Program-made: the position numbers and the translations under genes | In this document: positions 14,847 to 30,155 of the stretch, in pieces | How the letters are laid out: every line of letters starts with the position of its first letter | How positions within the stretch are numbered: position 1 is the stretch's first letter | The notes under the pieces: model-generated | Database searches by the model: none | What the model saw: only the letters and a program-made list of their open reading frames with translations | Told to the model about the DNA's origin: nothing | Assembly (NCBI GenBank): GCA_951406725.2 | Contig: OX597834.1 | Coordinates: forward strand, 29,264,001-29,328,000 | Source of the DNA: Octopus vulgaris | Lineage: Eukaryota | Length of the DNA stretch: 64,000 nucleotides | Direction of reading: 5' to 3'

Positions 14847-15551
14847 GCACATAAATATATGTATATACATACACATATATATATATATAAGCCTGCATAC
14901 ATATATGAATATTTATATATGTATATATTCTGTAATATATGCATCTATACATACATATGCATATATATAGATATGTATGCACAGCTTTATCAGAATAACA
15001 GAATAACAGATAAATGAAGGTGTGTGTGTATACATATCTATATATTCCTCCATAAACATGGATCCATCATTCTGACACAAATATGTATGTAAACGTAAAT
15101 ATACACACCCTGCCTTCATCAGCAGCCGAGAGAGTGCCCAGTATAAATGTGTAACTGGCTTTAATGTTCGTAAGAGTCAGGAACAAAGCACCACAGATAC
15201 CGTTTCTCAACCATCTTACTCTTGAGTAACAACTGAAATATATTCCATGTCTACATCATGATCCCCTCCATCATCATCATTGCCTTCATCATCATCACCA
15301 TCATCATCATCATCAACATCATCATCCTCATTGCTTAATGTCAGTCTTCTATATTGGTATAAGTCGAATGGTTTGACAAGAAGCAATGGTCCAGAGGGTT
15401 GTTCTGTGTCCCAGTGTCTGCTTTGGATCCTTCAGTCAGATGTCCTTCCTAATGACAACCACTATACAGAGAGTACAGGGTACTTTTGTTTGACATCATT
15501 ACTTGTAAGACGAGATCCTTTGATAGAAGGAGGGTGCAGTATTGAAGAAGG

Positions 15552-16194
<643 letters not shown>

Positions 16195-17203
16195 GAAGAA
16201 GGTGGCCTTGTGTCAGGTGTTGAGAAGGGCAAATACAGGTTCTTGCAGTCAGTGACATGCATGGTGTACCCCTGGAGAAAAGGAGAAGTAAAAATTGTTG
16301 AGATGTGTGTGTGTAAGGTATATATATACAGGGTGCGATGGGTAAATTGTCACATCATCATCATCGTTTAGCGTCCGCTTTCCATGCTAGCATGAGTTGG
16401 ACGGTTCAACTGGGGTCTGGGAAGCCAGGAGGCTGCACCAGGCCCAGTCTGATCTGGCAGAGTTTCTACGGCTGGATGCCCTTCCTAATGCCAACCTCTC
16501 TGTGAGTGTAGTGGGTGCTCTTTACGTGCCACCGGCACAGGTGCCAGACGAGGCTGGCAAACGGCCACGATCAGATGGTGCTTTTTACATGCCACTGGTA
16601 CGGGGGCCAGGCAAGACTGGCAACGGCCTGCTAAGGTTGACTTTGCTTTGCATTCTTTCAGGGTTGATAAAATAAGTACCAGTCGAGTAGTGGGGTTGAT
16701 GTACTTGACTCCTCCACTCTCCTCAAAAACTCCTGGCCTTGTGGAAAACTTTGAAAACTTATCCTTCAGTAACTTAGTCATCTATAAGCATTTCTATATG
16801 TATCATCATGTAAAACCATTAATATCAACAAATTTTTTTCTCTCTCTATTCTTTTCCTTCTCCATTTTTTTAAAGTCCCATCCCTTTCTGTTGAAAAGCA
16901 TAGGCATGAAATGTCAAAGGCTTTTCCATTCTTTCTGAGTGTCAAACTAATACATCTGTTGTTGTCTTTTGCTTTCTGGACATTTAAACCTTATAGAAAT
17001 CCAACGGAGTCCTCAAAAGACATTTTAAGATCCACAATGATCAGGACTTATCTGCAGCTCTTGGTGGTCCAAATCACATGTGCAATCTATGTGGGTGTCT
17101 TTTCAGAACATAGTCTTGTTTAAAAAGCCACATCAGATGCCATGATGGTGCTAAGGTGTAGGTACAAGAGGTGGTCAAACTCTGCATAAGGAGTAGACAA
17201 CCA

Positions 17204-17242
<39 letters not shown>

Positions 17243-17474
17243 GTTCAAATTCACAGAAAACAAAACACAAAGACAGGTGTAGAAACAACAAGCAGGTGTA
17301 TTACTTTAACGTTTGAGAAAAATTGAAAAGTCTTACATTTCGAGCCTACACTCTTCAACAGGAAAAATTAAGAGGAAAAAATGGAGATAGAATGTAAAGA
17401 ATGAAGAGAGAAAAAATGTGCAGAGTCCAATAGTCCAATACAGCAAGATGACTGGAAAAAAAGAGGCTGAATAT

Positions 17475-17593
<119 letters not shown>

Positions 17594-17837
17594 GTATTTA
17601 TGTATATATATGTATATATATGTATAATGTATGTTACTTCTAGTTGGAAACATCTTTTTTCTGTGGCTATACTATCGGGGCTATTTTTAGCACTAGAGTT
17701 ATCCACATAGTGGTTAACTCTCTAATAATTTATGTATAAATTTGTATTTTCTCCGTAGTTTTTTGTGCTAAGCCACTCGGTGTTAAATTAATGGTATTAT
17801 TAAATTAATATCAATTTTTCACCCTCATTTATAAATT

Positions 17838-17894
<57 letters not shown>

Positions 17895-19569
17895 TAATGC
17901 AAGCAGGAAAGACAGAACTCGAAACATGAGACCTATGCATATGTTTTTTGCTAATGATTGGCAGAAGTTACTCAAGTGACTCTGAGAGTTTCGTGCATTG
18001 GCACTTGATAATGGCCAATGCACAAAACTCATGGCCCTCAAGTCACTTTATAACTTCTGCAATAATAAACAAAAGAACATATAGATATATATGTATAAAT
18101 ATACGTGTGTGTGTGTGTGTATGTGTGCATGAGTACACATTCGCATACAAGTGTATATATAGATTTGATTTATATGTGCATGTCGATATCTATCTACTAT
18201 CCATATGTGTGTGTGTGTGAGAGAGAGTGAGAGTGTGTGTGTGTGTAAGTCATCCAACCCATACCAGAATGGAAAACGGGCCTTAAATGTTGATGATGAT
18301 GATACCAAGGACAAGGCAGATTCATGAGATTTGGGCAACCCAAACCGTGTAATGTATGCATCTTGTTTCCAATAACTCTAAGATCTGGACACATCTTAAA
18401 ACTTGAATCTTAACTTTTATTACAACCAAAATTCTAACAACTAATATTTTAACGACTATAATTGATCAACCAAAAAAAATTTGCAATTTTTAATGGATCA
18501 GCCATGATGAACTTAATTGATTCTGACAAGTCTGACTTTAATTAATATTGGAATTTCTTTGCATAATTCTTATCAAGAATATTAGCAATTCTAGATTTTA
18601 TCGTGATTCCAAATATATTGGTAAGTTCTGGTGTATTCTGATTATTTGAGTTCTTGTGGAAATTTTGTGAATTATATTAAGAACCAGGTGCCAAAAATCG
18701 AAATATATAACTTTAGGAACTTCCAAAGAGAACGGGAGAGAGGAAGGATGTTTAAGGAAGGAATGTATATGCATACATATACATGTGTATGTGTGTGTGT
18801 GTGTACACTTATATGTGTGTATATATGAAACAAAAGAGATAGAAACTGACTGAGACATATACATATTTCTTTATTACCCACAAGGGGCTAAACATAGAGG
18901 GGACAAACAAAGACAAACATAGGTATTAAGTGAATTACATCGATCCCAGTGCGTAACTGGTGCTTAATTTATCGACCCCGAAAGGATGAAAGGCAAAGTC
19001 GACCTCGGCAGAATTTGAACTCACAACGTGACGGCAGACGAAATACCGCAGAGCATTTCGCCAGGTGTGCTAACGCTTCTGCCAGCTTGCCGCCTTTAAC
19101 TGAGACATATACAATTGCTGACACACCCACACACACATCATATGCATGTACTCATTTCCCACCCACACAAAGGAAAGAAATATACTGGCAAAAAGACGAA
19201 AAAATAAACAAAACAAACCATCCCAACAACAGTGCCCTCTTACCACCCCCAGAACCACCCCCTACTGCTCCCTTCTCAAAAAAGGAAAAAAAGCATCTGA
19301 CAAGCCAATCCACTCCAATCCAACCACAATACGAAGGATTATTATTCTTGTGAAATGTCTCTTGTTAATGCCATGTGATTTTTGAGTGCGATTAACTTAG
19401 ATAATACCTACTTGTGGTTTTATTTATCTTCAAGTGACATCAACCGTAAATGTGAGAGATGCAGGTATTGAATAATGAAAGGAGATAAGAACCACAACAT
19501 CTATCTCTAAACACACAACACACATACTTATATGCATGTGTGTATACATGAATATAAATGTATATGTAT

Positions 19570-19629
<60 letters not shown>

Positions 19630-19765
19630 GTATATATATATATATGTATAAAAATATATATAAAAATACAAAATGGGACAAGAACGCAAAACATTCAAAT
19701 AGACGACACAAAAAACGGACGGGCCATTCAAAGCCTCTAATCTTCAGTCAAGAACCGGATCATCC

Positions 19766-19814
<49 letters not shown>

Positions 19815-19982
19815 ATGTAATGGTATATGTCTATAGGTCTGGTGAAAGAAACAAGGAAAGAAAATATGAGTACATGTTATTTTCATAAATGTGTAGAATT
19901 TAGAAACTAACTCGAGCGTAGAGAGTTTCTTATTCTTATGATATTTATTGTACCAATGGACTAAATTTTCAGCACTTGATTC

Positions 19983-20394
19983 GGATCTTTTCGGTTTGAA
20001 CGGCAGTTTTTTTAAAATAATTTCCACGTAACTAAACACTTTTAAACTTCGTATTCTGGTAGAATGTGTTTATAAAACATCTTTTTGTCTTGGCTTTATT
20101 GACAAAATTCTATAGTTTGTAAGATATTTGTTGTTTTTTCTTCAATTTCTGCAATTTCAACCAATCAGTGATGTCTATTGAGGTAAAAAAACATTCTGTG
20201 CCGTATGAATATGTCCCTCGTTTAAGAAATAGATTGGGTTTATTTACATTTGTGAAGAAAAAAAGATATCCTTCCCCTTACCCCTAACCCTAAAACAGAT
20301 TGAAATGCAATAGATCGATACTAGGGTCATAATTATGGGTGACAATTTCATATGACACCGCTAGAAAAAACTGCCGTTCAAACCAAAATGATCC
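19983..20394. mobile_element. MITE with GGATC termini and 8-bp TSD
   Basis: TIRs ggatcttttcggtttgaacggcagtttttt / aaaaaactgccgttcaaaccaaaatgatcc. TSD cttgattc at 19975-19982 and 20395-20402. Confidence 0.9.
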
Positions 20395-21085
20395 CTTGAT
20401 TCATTCTGTAATGTCTGTTGATCCGGTGGACTTGTCCTACATACCCATGAAACTTCAAGTCAAATGGAACTGAGTCAAGCTTATTAAATAATAAATGTAA
20501 CTCCCATCTTCCATGCATGTATGGATAGGATGGTTCACAGGAGCTGGCCGAGTAAAAAAACTACCCTATGCTACTCTGTTTTGGCAGCATAAACATATGC
20601 TTCTGAACAAACGGTTAGTCAAGTTCTGAGCAGTAATATGAAAATGAGATGACAAAAGAATAAATGCTTATCTTATGAAGTTCACTGTCTTACAGTTGTT
20701 TCTGCTATAAGGCACAATGCACTTACATATATCTATATATATAGATATTAATATATACAATATCAAACACATATGCAAGGTTTGTGTTTTTTCAGTTTGT
20801 GGGCAGGCCGAGATTTATAGGAATAAAAGAATATAGTCTCATATACACATATATATGTGTGTATATTTACGTATGTATATATATATATGATTATGCGTGT
20901 GTTGTATTTAAATATATGTATATATAGTTTTTATAGTCATACATGTTACGTGTTTAATATATTGATATATATATATATATATATATATACTTTATTTAAA
21001 AGCAGCAGAAATTTAACAAAAGCTGTTACTCGGAGTTTCACGTTCTTGTTCGTTGAACAGTTTTGTTAAAAAAACCCAAAAAAAA

Positions 21086-21123
21086 CTGTCCAACGAATGG
21101 GAACGTGAAACTCCGAGTAACAG
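21086..21123 (+). ncRNA. Degenerate hammerhead-like motif (copies ~21023-21060 - and 49587-49624 +)
   Basis: ctgt-CCAACGA-a(t/c)g ggaa cgt-GAAA-ctc(c/a)gag-TA-acag. All three stems are present but the core reads CCAACGA instead of CTGANGA. Confidence 0.5.
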
Positions 21124-21226
21124 CTTTTGTTAAATTTCTGCTGCTTTTAAATAAAGCATATTACTCTACCTCTGGTATTTGAGTGCTCTTTTTTCCACCT
21201 TGTTTCACATTTATATGTTTACTCCG

Positions 21227-21282
<56 letters not shown>

Positions 21283-22062
21283 ATATATACACCTACTTTC
21301 CTCACAGACTAATAACAGGTAAGTTATAAACTTAGATAAAATCTTAGATATGTTTCGACCAAAGATTGGTCCAGGCCATGTCTAACTTAACAGCACCTTT
21401 TTTCAACTAATTTTATTGTATTTTATAGTGGGTTATTTTAATTGCTTATATTATTTTTATTGGATATAACTTTCTATGTGTATTGCATACAATAAGGTTA
21501 TCTTGAAATAGGAGTTGCAGTTCTATTGGTAAAATCCCAAATTTGTCATAATATTATATGTACATAATTATATAGGGTTGTTCCTTGTGTTGGTTGTCTT
21601 GTTTTCCATCTGTTTCTTTTGTTGCTTGCAAAAAAAGTCCTTATTCCATGTCCCCGTACTTCGTTTATAATTTTATATTATGTACATGTGAAAAGAAAGA
21701 TAATTTTCATCGTGTAGAAGTACGACTATATATTTCACTAGCTCATTCATAAAGCTAACTAATAAATGAATCAACAATTCAAAATAAACTTGTCAACTTT
21801 CCTTTGGACATGGCATGAAAGTCACCAATGTCTCAAAGGAGTGAGTGTCCTAGAGTTCAGTTACATCCAACAAACACTAAAGTTTTTCAAAAAATCCAGG
21901 GTTTTTATAACTGCTCACTTTGGCTGGCACAATGTTATAGTAGAAGAGACTTTCCAAAGATGCTATGCAGTATGACTGAACCTGAAACCATGTGGGTGAG
22001 AAACAAAAGCAAAATTCTTACAACCCAGCCATGCTTGTATCTGTGTGTGTATATGTGTGTAT

Positions 22063-22447
22063 GTGGAGGCGCAATGGCCCAGTGGTTAGGGCAGCAGACT
22101 TGCGGTCGTAGGATCGTGGTTTCGATTCCCAGACCGGGCGTTGTGAGTGTTTATTGAGCGAAAACACCTAAAAGCTCCACGAGGCTCCGGCAGGGATGGT
22201 GGTGATCCCTGCTGTACTCTTTCACCACAACTTTCTCTCACTCTTACTTCCTGTTTCTGTCGTACCTGTATTTCAAAGGGCCGGCCTTGTCACTCTCTGT
22301 GTCACGCTGAATCACCCCGTGAACTACGTTAAGGGTACACGTGTCTGTGGAGTGCTCAGCCACTTACACGTTAATTTCACGAGCAGGCTGTTCCGTTGAT
22401 CGGATCAACCGGAACCCTCGTCGTAACCGACGGAGTGCTTCCATCCC
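22063..22447 (+). mobile_element. tRNA-derived SINE, family B
   Basis: Same sequence as 28477-28861, flanked by an atgtgtgtat duplication. Confidence 0.88.
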
Positions 22448-22989
22448 ATGTGTGTATGCATTCCAATTTCCAAATGCAGTACCCATGGCATCTTTCAGAG
22501 TCTGTGAGAGTGGCTGGAGGGAGTGAGGCAATGACCTGGTCAGGTTCTGGCAACAAAGTGGACTCCATATAAGGCACCCAGGGCTCGGTGGTTGAATTAA
22601 ACAGATCGATAAAGTCTGCAATAAAACAATTTGGCTGAGCTGTCAAATATCTTGGTTGCCTCAATAAAGCGAGTGTATCCTATACAAAGCGAAAAGAGAT
22701 GTTAGAACTAAATAAAAGAATAAAAAGAAAATTGATTCATAAAAAAGAGAAAAACCAATAAAAGACTTTATTCTTTGAGTTGTTTCTGAATTATCACAAT
22801 AGAGATTCTTTTAATGAATGATTAAATCAAACAATCTAGAAAACAAACAATAAAAAGAGAGGTACCTAAATATTTGATGGTTTAATATTGTTGATATGTA
22901 TATATATATCTTTTATTCTTTCACTCAGCCAGTCTGGGGCCATGCTGGAGCACAGCCTTTCAGTGTTTTGGGATCTTCTTTTGGTACTG

Positions 22990-23280
22990 TTTTTGGTGAG
23001 GAAGCAAGTTGAAAGAAGCTGCTCTTCTTTGTGCTTCCTGCTGTGATGTGGGCTCATCTGGGATTTCAGAAATTTGTCCAGGTGCTTTTTGAATGTTTCC
23101 ACATCTAAACCTTGCAGATCTCTTAGATTCTTTGGCAGAATGTTAAACAGTTGCGGTTCCCTGAAACATAAGTTGTTGCAATACTGGGTCCCTTATCTGA
23201 GATGAAGAAAAGGTATTATGTAGTGCTGTCCAGTTCGATGGTTGGTATAGCTTTTAATTCCAAAGTTAGACGTTCCAGGA
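22990..23280 (-). mobile_element. CR1-group LINE 3' fragment
   Basis: QLFNILPKNLRDLQGLDVETFKKHLDKFL resembles the C-terminus of CR1/L2-type ORF2. Confidence 0.6.
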
Positions 23281-23291
23281 TCTTTCATATA

Positions 23292-23507
23292 CTCTTTTAC
23301 TCTTTTACTCTTTTACTTGTTTCAGTCATTTGATTGCGGCCATGCTGGAGCACCGCCTTTAGTCAAGCAAATCGACCCCGGGACTTATTCTTTGTAAGCC
23401 CAGTACTTATTCTATCGGTCTCTTTTGCCGAACCGCTGAGTGACGGGGACGTAAACACACCAGTATCGGTTGTCAAGCAATGCTAGGGGACAAACACAGA
23501 CACACAA

Positions 23508-23554
<47 letters not shown>

Positions 23555-23718
23555 TACGACAGGCTTCTTTCAGTTTCCGTCTACCAAATCCACTCACAAG
23601 GCATTGGTCGGCCTGGGGCCATAGCAGAAGACACTTGCCCAAGGTGCCACGCAGTGGGACTGAACCCGGAACCATATGGTTGGTAGACAAGCTACTTACC
23701 ACACAGCCACTCCTGCAC
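23292..23718 (-). mobile_element. SINE family A, full length
   Basis: Colinear with 563-962. Confidence 0.9.
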
Positions 23719-24120
23719 CTATATATATATGTGTGAGTGTGTGTGTGTGTGTGTGTGTGTATAATGGAAAAATTATACAAAATATGTAAATACATGATGA
23801 GCAAAGCACCAGTATTTATGATGGACATGTAGCGGTATGTAAGCCAACCCAAGAAATCTCTAGTGAGACTTTTTTATTGATGTACCCAAAGAGACCCAGA
23901 GCAATGGGTCAAAACATGTGCTCAATAAAATCTATTAGCCATTCCATCTCCTGTCTTATTAATACTATTATAGTAATACTTCAGTATATGTGTTAATTTG
24001 TTTCAGGAGACCACTCGTAAAGTGAAAACTCGTAAGCAGAGCAGTAATTTCCTATAGTAGCAACGTTATAAATTGTAATTTGTTCCCTCAAAAAATATTT
24101 TACCCATAAAATTTTTGATA

Positions 24121-24507
24121 TCTTTATATATAAAAGTGAAGTTGTGTGTCTGTCTCCTACGATTTAGATTCCTAACTACTCCCACATTTTGCGGTGCAGT
24201 TTAACCAAAACCAGGTATCTTATAGTCGTGATTCATATCGAGCCCTTCTGGGTATTAGCGCACGTCTACGATGAGTCAACGATTTAAAAAAAAACTTACC
24301 ATCATTTTTTCCATTTTAATGCATTTTTTCGCTATTATATAAGGGAAGTAACTCTCTAAAAATGTCTACGATGAGTCAACGATTTAAAAAAAAATTTACC
24401 ATCATTTTTTTTCCAATTTTTAATGCATTTTTTGGCTATAACTCTCTAAAAATGCTTATATAGTTATTTCCCTTACAAACCCGAGCAACGCCGGGCGATA
24501 CTGCTAG
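24121..24507 (+). mobile_element. Non-autonomous Helitron
   Basis: Inserted between A and T. 5' TC(tttatatataaaag), subterminal hairpin cccg-agcaacgc-cggg, 3' CTAG, and an internal ~75-bp direct duplication. Confidence 0.85.
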
Positions 24508-24879
24508 TTGTAAATAAATGGCAATAAAACAACAATAGAATGTAAAGAATATTTTATGTAAAGTAAAAGGAATAAGATCATTTATAGTAAAAAAAAATAT
24601 TAGTATTGTTTTCTGAATCACTTTCACTTGAACTAATCTCGCGCACACCATTACTTGTAGACGCGATCACAAGCTCTCATAGATGGACTTGTAAATTTCT
24701 TTTTAGAAAACAAGTCTACAGGAGTTGGCTCAGAAGAGGCTTTTTCCTGCTCTCTCTAAATTTCTCGGTAACACACAGAAGCATTTGTTATGGTGGTAGA
24801 AACTTTTGCACTTCTTTCAAAATTTGGATTTTGTGCTTGAAAAATAACTCGTAAACCCAGGATTTCATAAAGTGTGTCC

Positions 24880-25093
24880 TCTTTTACTCTTTTACTTGTT
24901 TCAGTCATTTGACTGTGGCCATGCTGGAGCACCGCCTTTAATCGAGCAACTTGACCCTGGGACTTATTCTTTGTAAGCCCAGTACTTATTCTGTCGGTCT
25001 CTTTTGCCGAACCGCTAAGTGATGGGGACATAAACACACCAGCATCAGTTGTCAAGCAATGCTAGGGGGATAAACACAGACACACAAACACAT

Positions 25094-25126
<33 letters not shown>

Positions 25127-25290
25127 CATATGACAGGCTTCTTTCAGTTTCCGTCTACCAAATCCACTCACAAGGCTTTGGTCGGCCCGAGGCTATAGTA
25201 GAAGACACTTGCCCGAGGTGCCATGCAGTGGGACTGAACCCGGAACGATGTGGTTGGTAAGCAAGCTACTTGCCACACAGCCACTCCTGC
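24880..25290 (-). mobile_element. SINE family A, full length
   Basis: Colinear with 563-962. Confidence 0.9.
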
Positions 25291-25751
25291 TCCTCTCATA
25301 TTTATATTTATATACATGTGTGTGCTTAATGTATGGATGTATGTATTATGAATGTGTGTGTGTGTGTGTCTACATACACCCACATGAATAAAACAATAAC
25401 ATGCAAAGATATTAACAAGATTATCTGGAGATAATCATGTTAATGCTGCAACGTAGATATGACAAAATATAAAAGATGATATCATTTCAAATAAACATAA
25501 CAGAATAAAATAAGTGCTTCTGTAAGTTTATTGTAGATTATTAGATTAAATGGGAATTAAAGGATGCATGTATGTATATATATATATGTGTGGATACATA
25601 CACATACACACAATTATGTGTTGAAAACACAATATACAAAAATCTATGTATATTTATGGAGGAGAAATATATAATATTTAGATATAAAGTAGAGAGCAAA
25701 CGTTTTTATATATAAACTATTTTTCAGATTATTACTATATTAACTAGAGAT

Positions 25752-25791
<40 letters not shown>

Positions 25792-25908
25792 TGCATACAT
25801 ACATGCATGCATACATACATGCATGCATACATACATATACACACACATAGATATGTATCTAGCCATCTATCTCTCACTCTCTGTGATTAGATATAGTCAT
25901 GTATATAT

Positions 25909-25943
<35 letters not shown>

Positions 25944-27889
25944 GAATTGTATATATGTGTGCATGTATTTTGGTGGTGGTGGGGTTCATAAGAAACTGAT
26001 TCCAGGCTTATTATTGTATTAACTAGAGATTACACTTAAATATATCTGAGCTAAGAGATATTGTATACATCAACCAATGAGCAAGAACATGTATGTATAT
26101 ATATGTGTGTATGTATATATATATATATATATATTTGTGTGTGTGTGTGTGTGTGTATAAAACAATGCTATTATCAATAGATTATTTGTTTAAGTATGGA
26201 TTAGTGGATATACTGTAAGGTGCTGATTTATTGTATGTCAATGATTGGGGTATTAAGTAGTGATATCAATTGTAGGATATCATTTATAGGGTTTGAAGTT
26301 CATGTATGCATGATTGTGGAGGGAGAGAAAGAAACTGTCAGTGTAGACCACAATCCAGAAGTCCTAAAAAAGGTATAATGTTAAATAAATCTACTTTTCT
26401 TATTTATTTGGAAGCCTTTTGCTGTGGAGGTTTCAAAAGATGTGAAAGCCATCCCCTTGCTCCCATAAATATTTATTTAAATAACTAGAGTGTTACTTTT
26501 CGTACAACATGTATCACATTCAGGCATGTGGATGTGAAGTTAAGAAGGGTTCTTCTCAACCATCTCCCTTGGATTCTGCTATGGTCCAAGACTGGTCAAA
26601 ACCTTCTTTGTGAGTAGATATGGGAAACAGAAACGGGATGAAGCCCATTGTATACTAACATATATATGTATGTCTGTAGGTGTAATGTGTGTGTGTGAGC
26701 TTGCACGCATGTGTGAGTGCATGTGTTTAGCCACCCATAACTGACTACAATAATACTGTGACTCAACAGGTTTTCACTGTAATAACAAAGCCAGAGTGTC
26801 TCTTTTGCCTTTTGTTTCGGTCATTGGATAGTGGCCATGCTGGGGCAGTGCCTTGAAGAATTTCAGATGAATGAATTGATCCTAGCACTTATTATATTTT
26901 AAGCTTGGCACTCATTATATTAGTTCCTTTTGGTGAACAACTAAGTCACAGGGACATAAACACACTCCAAAACTGTAGGGGACAAAGACACAATACAATG
27001 GGCTTCATTCAGTTTCAATTTACCAACTCTACTCACAAGGCTTTAATCAGCACACAACTGTAGAAGAAAACACTTGCCCAAGGTGCCATGCAGTAGAACT
27101 GAAACCAGAACCATCTGTTTGGGAAACAAAATTCTTACCACACAGCTATGCCTGTGCCTATTTAAACAGTATCTGAGTATCTAGATATCGAAATATATAA
27201 AATATAATAAATTGATAATAAATATATAAAATATTTCGTTTTTGGATTTGGTTTGCAAGATTCTTTATATGAGTTTGTGTGTTGAAGCACATTCTGTTGT
27301 GGCTGAGGAGAGTCGTCTTCTTTTTGCGTCTTATAATTTAACACACTCACTGGTAAAATTTCCATTTATTTCTTATTTTTATTTTCCTAAAATTTTCGTT
27401 GTGTCTTGCAACCTTTTCAATAGTCTTGACTCTGTCCGTTATTTACACTGCATTCCTTTTTGTTTGTTTGTGTGCATTTGTGTGGGTCAGTGTGTGTGTG
27501 TGTGCCTATAAAACATATATTAAATACATGTAAAATCATTCATTGATTTTTTCTAACTTTAAAAAAAAGTTTTTAATTTTTCTGTAAGACATTTAAAAAA
27601 AAAAAAAAAAGAAGAAAATTAATGAAATGAATGTAGTTTCATATTTTATGACTTTATTGTTCTGCAACAGAACATGCAAAAACATAAAGGCTTTTTTTTT
27701 TCAATATATTGTTAAACAGGATCCAGATTTTTCTTCTGTTTGTACATAACCATATAGTTGCTGATTATATTTTCATCTTCTGGCTGGCATCACACTCTCT
27801 ACATCCTCATCATCATCATCTTCATTTACTTTTCGTTTTCCATGCCGGCAGATGGTTTGACGGGATCTGATGAGTCACATGACTGAGTC

Positions 27890-28300
27890 TCTTTTACTCT
27901 TTACTCTTTTACTCTTTTACTTGTTTCAGTCATTTGACTGCGGCCATGTTGGAGCACCGCCTTTAATCGAGTAACTCGACCCCGGGACTTATTCTTTTGT
28001 AAGCCCAGTACTTATTCTATCGGTCTCTTTTGCTGAACCGCTAAGTAACGGGGACATAAACACACCAGCATCGGTTGTCAAGCAATGCTAGGGGAGACAA
28101 ACACAGACACACAAACACACATATGCATATACATATATACGACGAGATTCTTTCAGTTTCCGTCTACCAAATCCACTCACAAGGGTTTGGTCGGCCCGAG
28201 GCTATAGTAGTAGACACTTGCCCAAGGTGCCACGCAGTGGGACTGAACCCGGAACCATGTGGTTGGTAAACAAGCTACTTACCACACAGCCACTCCTGCA
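27890..28300 (-). mobile_element. SINE family A, full length
   Basis: Colinear with 563-962. Confidence 0.9.
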
Positions 28301-28476
28301 CCTGTTATTATTCTACCTAGATCAGTGTCTTTGATAGATTTTAGGAACCTATTTCCAAAGGTATTTTTATTTTATTGTTTTCAATTAATATTTCATACAT
28401 ATATTTTTATTTTTTAGATGGTATTATAATATCATATCTAAGAATTCTTTACAATATACCAATATAATTAATAAAA

Positions 28477-28861
28477 GTGGAGGCGCAATGGCCCAGTGGT
28501 TAGGGCAGCGGACTCGCGGTCGTAGGATCGCGGTTTCGATTCCCAGACCGGGCGTTGTGAGTGTTTATTGAGCGAAAACACCTAAAAGCTCCACGAGGCT
28601 CCGGCAGGGGATGGTGGTGATCCCTGCTGTGCTCTTTCACCACAACTTTCTCTCACTCTTACTTCCTGTTTCTGTTGTACCTGTATTTCAAAGGGCCAGC
28701 CTTGTCACTCTCTGTGTCACGCTGAATCTCCCCGAGAAATACGTTAAGGGCACACGTGTCTGTGGAGTGCTCAGCCACTTACACGTTAATTTCATGAGCA
28801 GGCTGTTCCGTTGATTCGGATCAATCGGAACCCTCATCGTCGTAACCGACGGAGTGCTTCC
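28477..28861 (+). mobile_element. tRNA-derived SINE, family B, full length (second copy ~22063-22447; degenerate pieces ~39870-40060 and ~41985-42050)
   Basis: tRNA-like head with A box (tggcccagtgg) and B box (gtttcgattcc). 13-bp TSD ataattaataaaa. Near-identical to the 22063 copy. Confidence 0.9.
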
Positions 28862-30155
28862 ATAATTAATAAAATAATCCTTATTTGATTTTATTTCATT
28901 TTGATTTATATTTACTTTGATCTCTGTTATACTTTTTATATCATTCTGTAAAGAAATATTTTAGAAATTTTTATACAAATTTTTATATTTCACATTAAGT
29001 TTTTATGTCTCTATACACCCTCTTATACATTTGAGTGGCTTATATAGCTTACGAAGAGTTTATAATCTCTTTCCATAAAACTCACTGTATAATACAATAT
29101 TTTATTTTATATTTATAATTACACATTATGTTTTATAAATTTTTTATTTCTGTATTTGATATTTTTATACATTTACACACCCTTTCATATACTTTCCTAG
29201 TGTTTGTAATTTATAAATAATTTTTTATAAGGTCTTTCTATATAATTTACTGGATATGGGAATCCTTATTTTAGCATATTTTCTAATCATGCAATATTCA
29301 TTACATGTTTACATGCCCAAATTGGTTTAGCTATTGCTTCCGAATGTACTCCCTTATGCATTTAGTATACCTCTAATTCAATTACCCCTTATATTCGATA
29401 TCATATTTTACAATATCTTATACATATCCTCCTGTAATGAAGGAAATAGTCCTTGTTATTGCTTAAATATATGCTATGTACTTCTACTCATATGATAATT
29501 CAATTCAGTTATACATTCATTATAGAATGATTTTTCATGACCTTTTGAACAATTTGCTTAAGAAAAGCCTTCATAGTTTTTCTTATATATCAAAGTATCC
29601 CATTGAAATTTAATTTCTATCCTTATTCTATATATTGGTTTAAATTTTTTCAATTTAATATAATAAATTTGCAAAGTTATAAATTACTACATCCCACATC
29701 CTTCAATTCTAATTCCCACCCCTAAAACTTATATTACTTACCTCTTTTGGTTTTTCATTATATTCCTTTTTATTTGATAATATAAATAAGTATTGACCAT
29801 CCCTATCCTTCTTCCCCATCAATCATTCTCTTACCAGCAACGCTGCAACATTGAGAGTCTAGTAGATTGTCTGACTTTAATTGATTTATCACCATCAACT
29901 AGAATACAGTTGACAACTCCTTAGGGATTTAATTCCAAATGGTTGAAGACTACATCATCACTTCTTTTATCTTGATCCCTACTATTTCCTCTGCAACTCT
30001 CTAAATTATAGTAGGCTTAAGAAGGTAGGCATTTATTTTCTAAACTCATTTTGCCACAGATATAACAAAAGCAATCATTGTAAATATTTTGGTTTCCATT
30101 ACTAATGTAAATTTGTTTTTAAAAAATGGTTTGTCCTTTATGTTTGATACCCATG

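Noticed and set aside
19710-19766. CTGAAGA...TGAA motif on the minus strand in a repeat
   Set aside because: No convincing stems II, III or I.
21340-21390. Hairpin with gacca...tggtc GAAA cata TC on the minus strand
   Set aside because: It has the 3' half of a hammerhead but no recognisable 5' core.
22063-22140. tRNA gene-like sequence (also 28477-28555)
   Set aside because: It is a SINE head continuing into a shared 300-bp body with TSDs, not a standalone tRNA.
23874-23928. Hammerhead-shaped relic (CCAAAGA gaccca...tgggtc AAAA catg TG); similar relic at 57833-57866
   Set aside because: Multiple core mutations; counted only as decayed copies, not as features.
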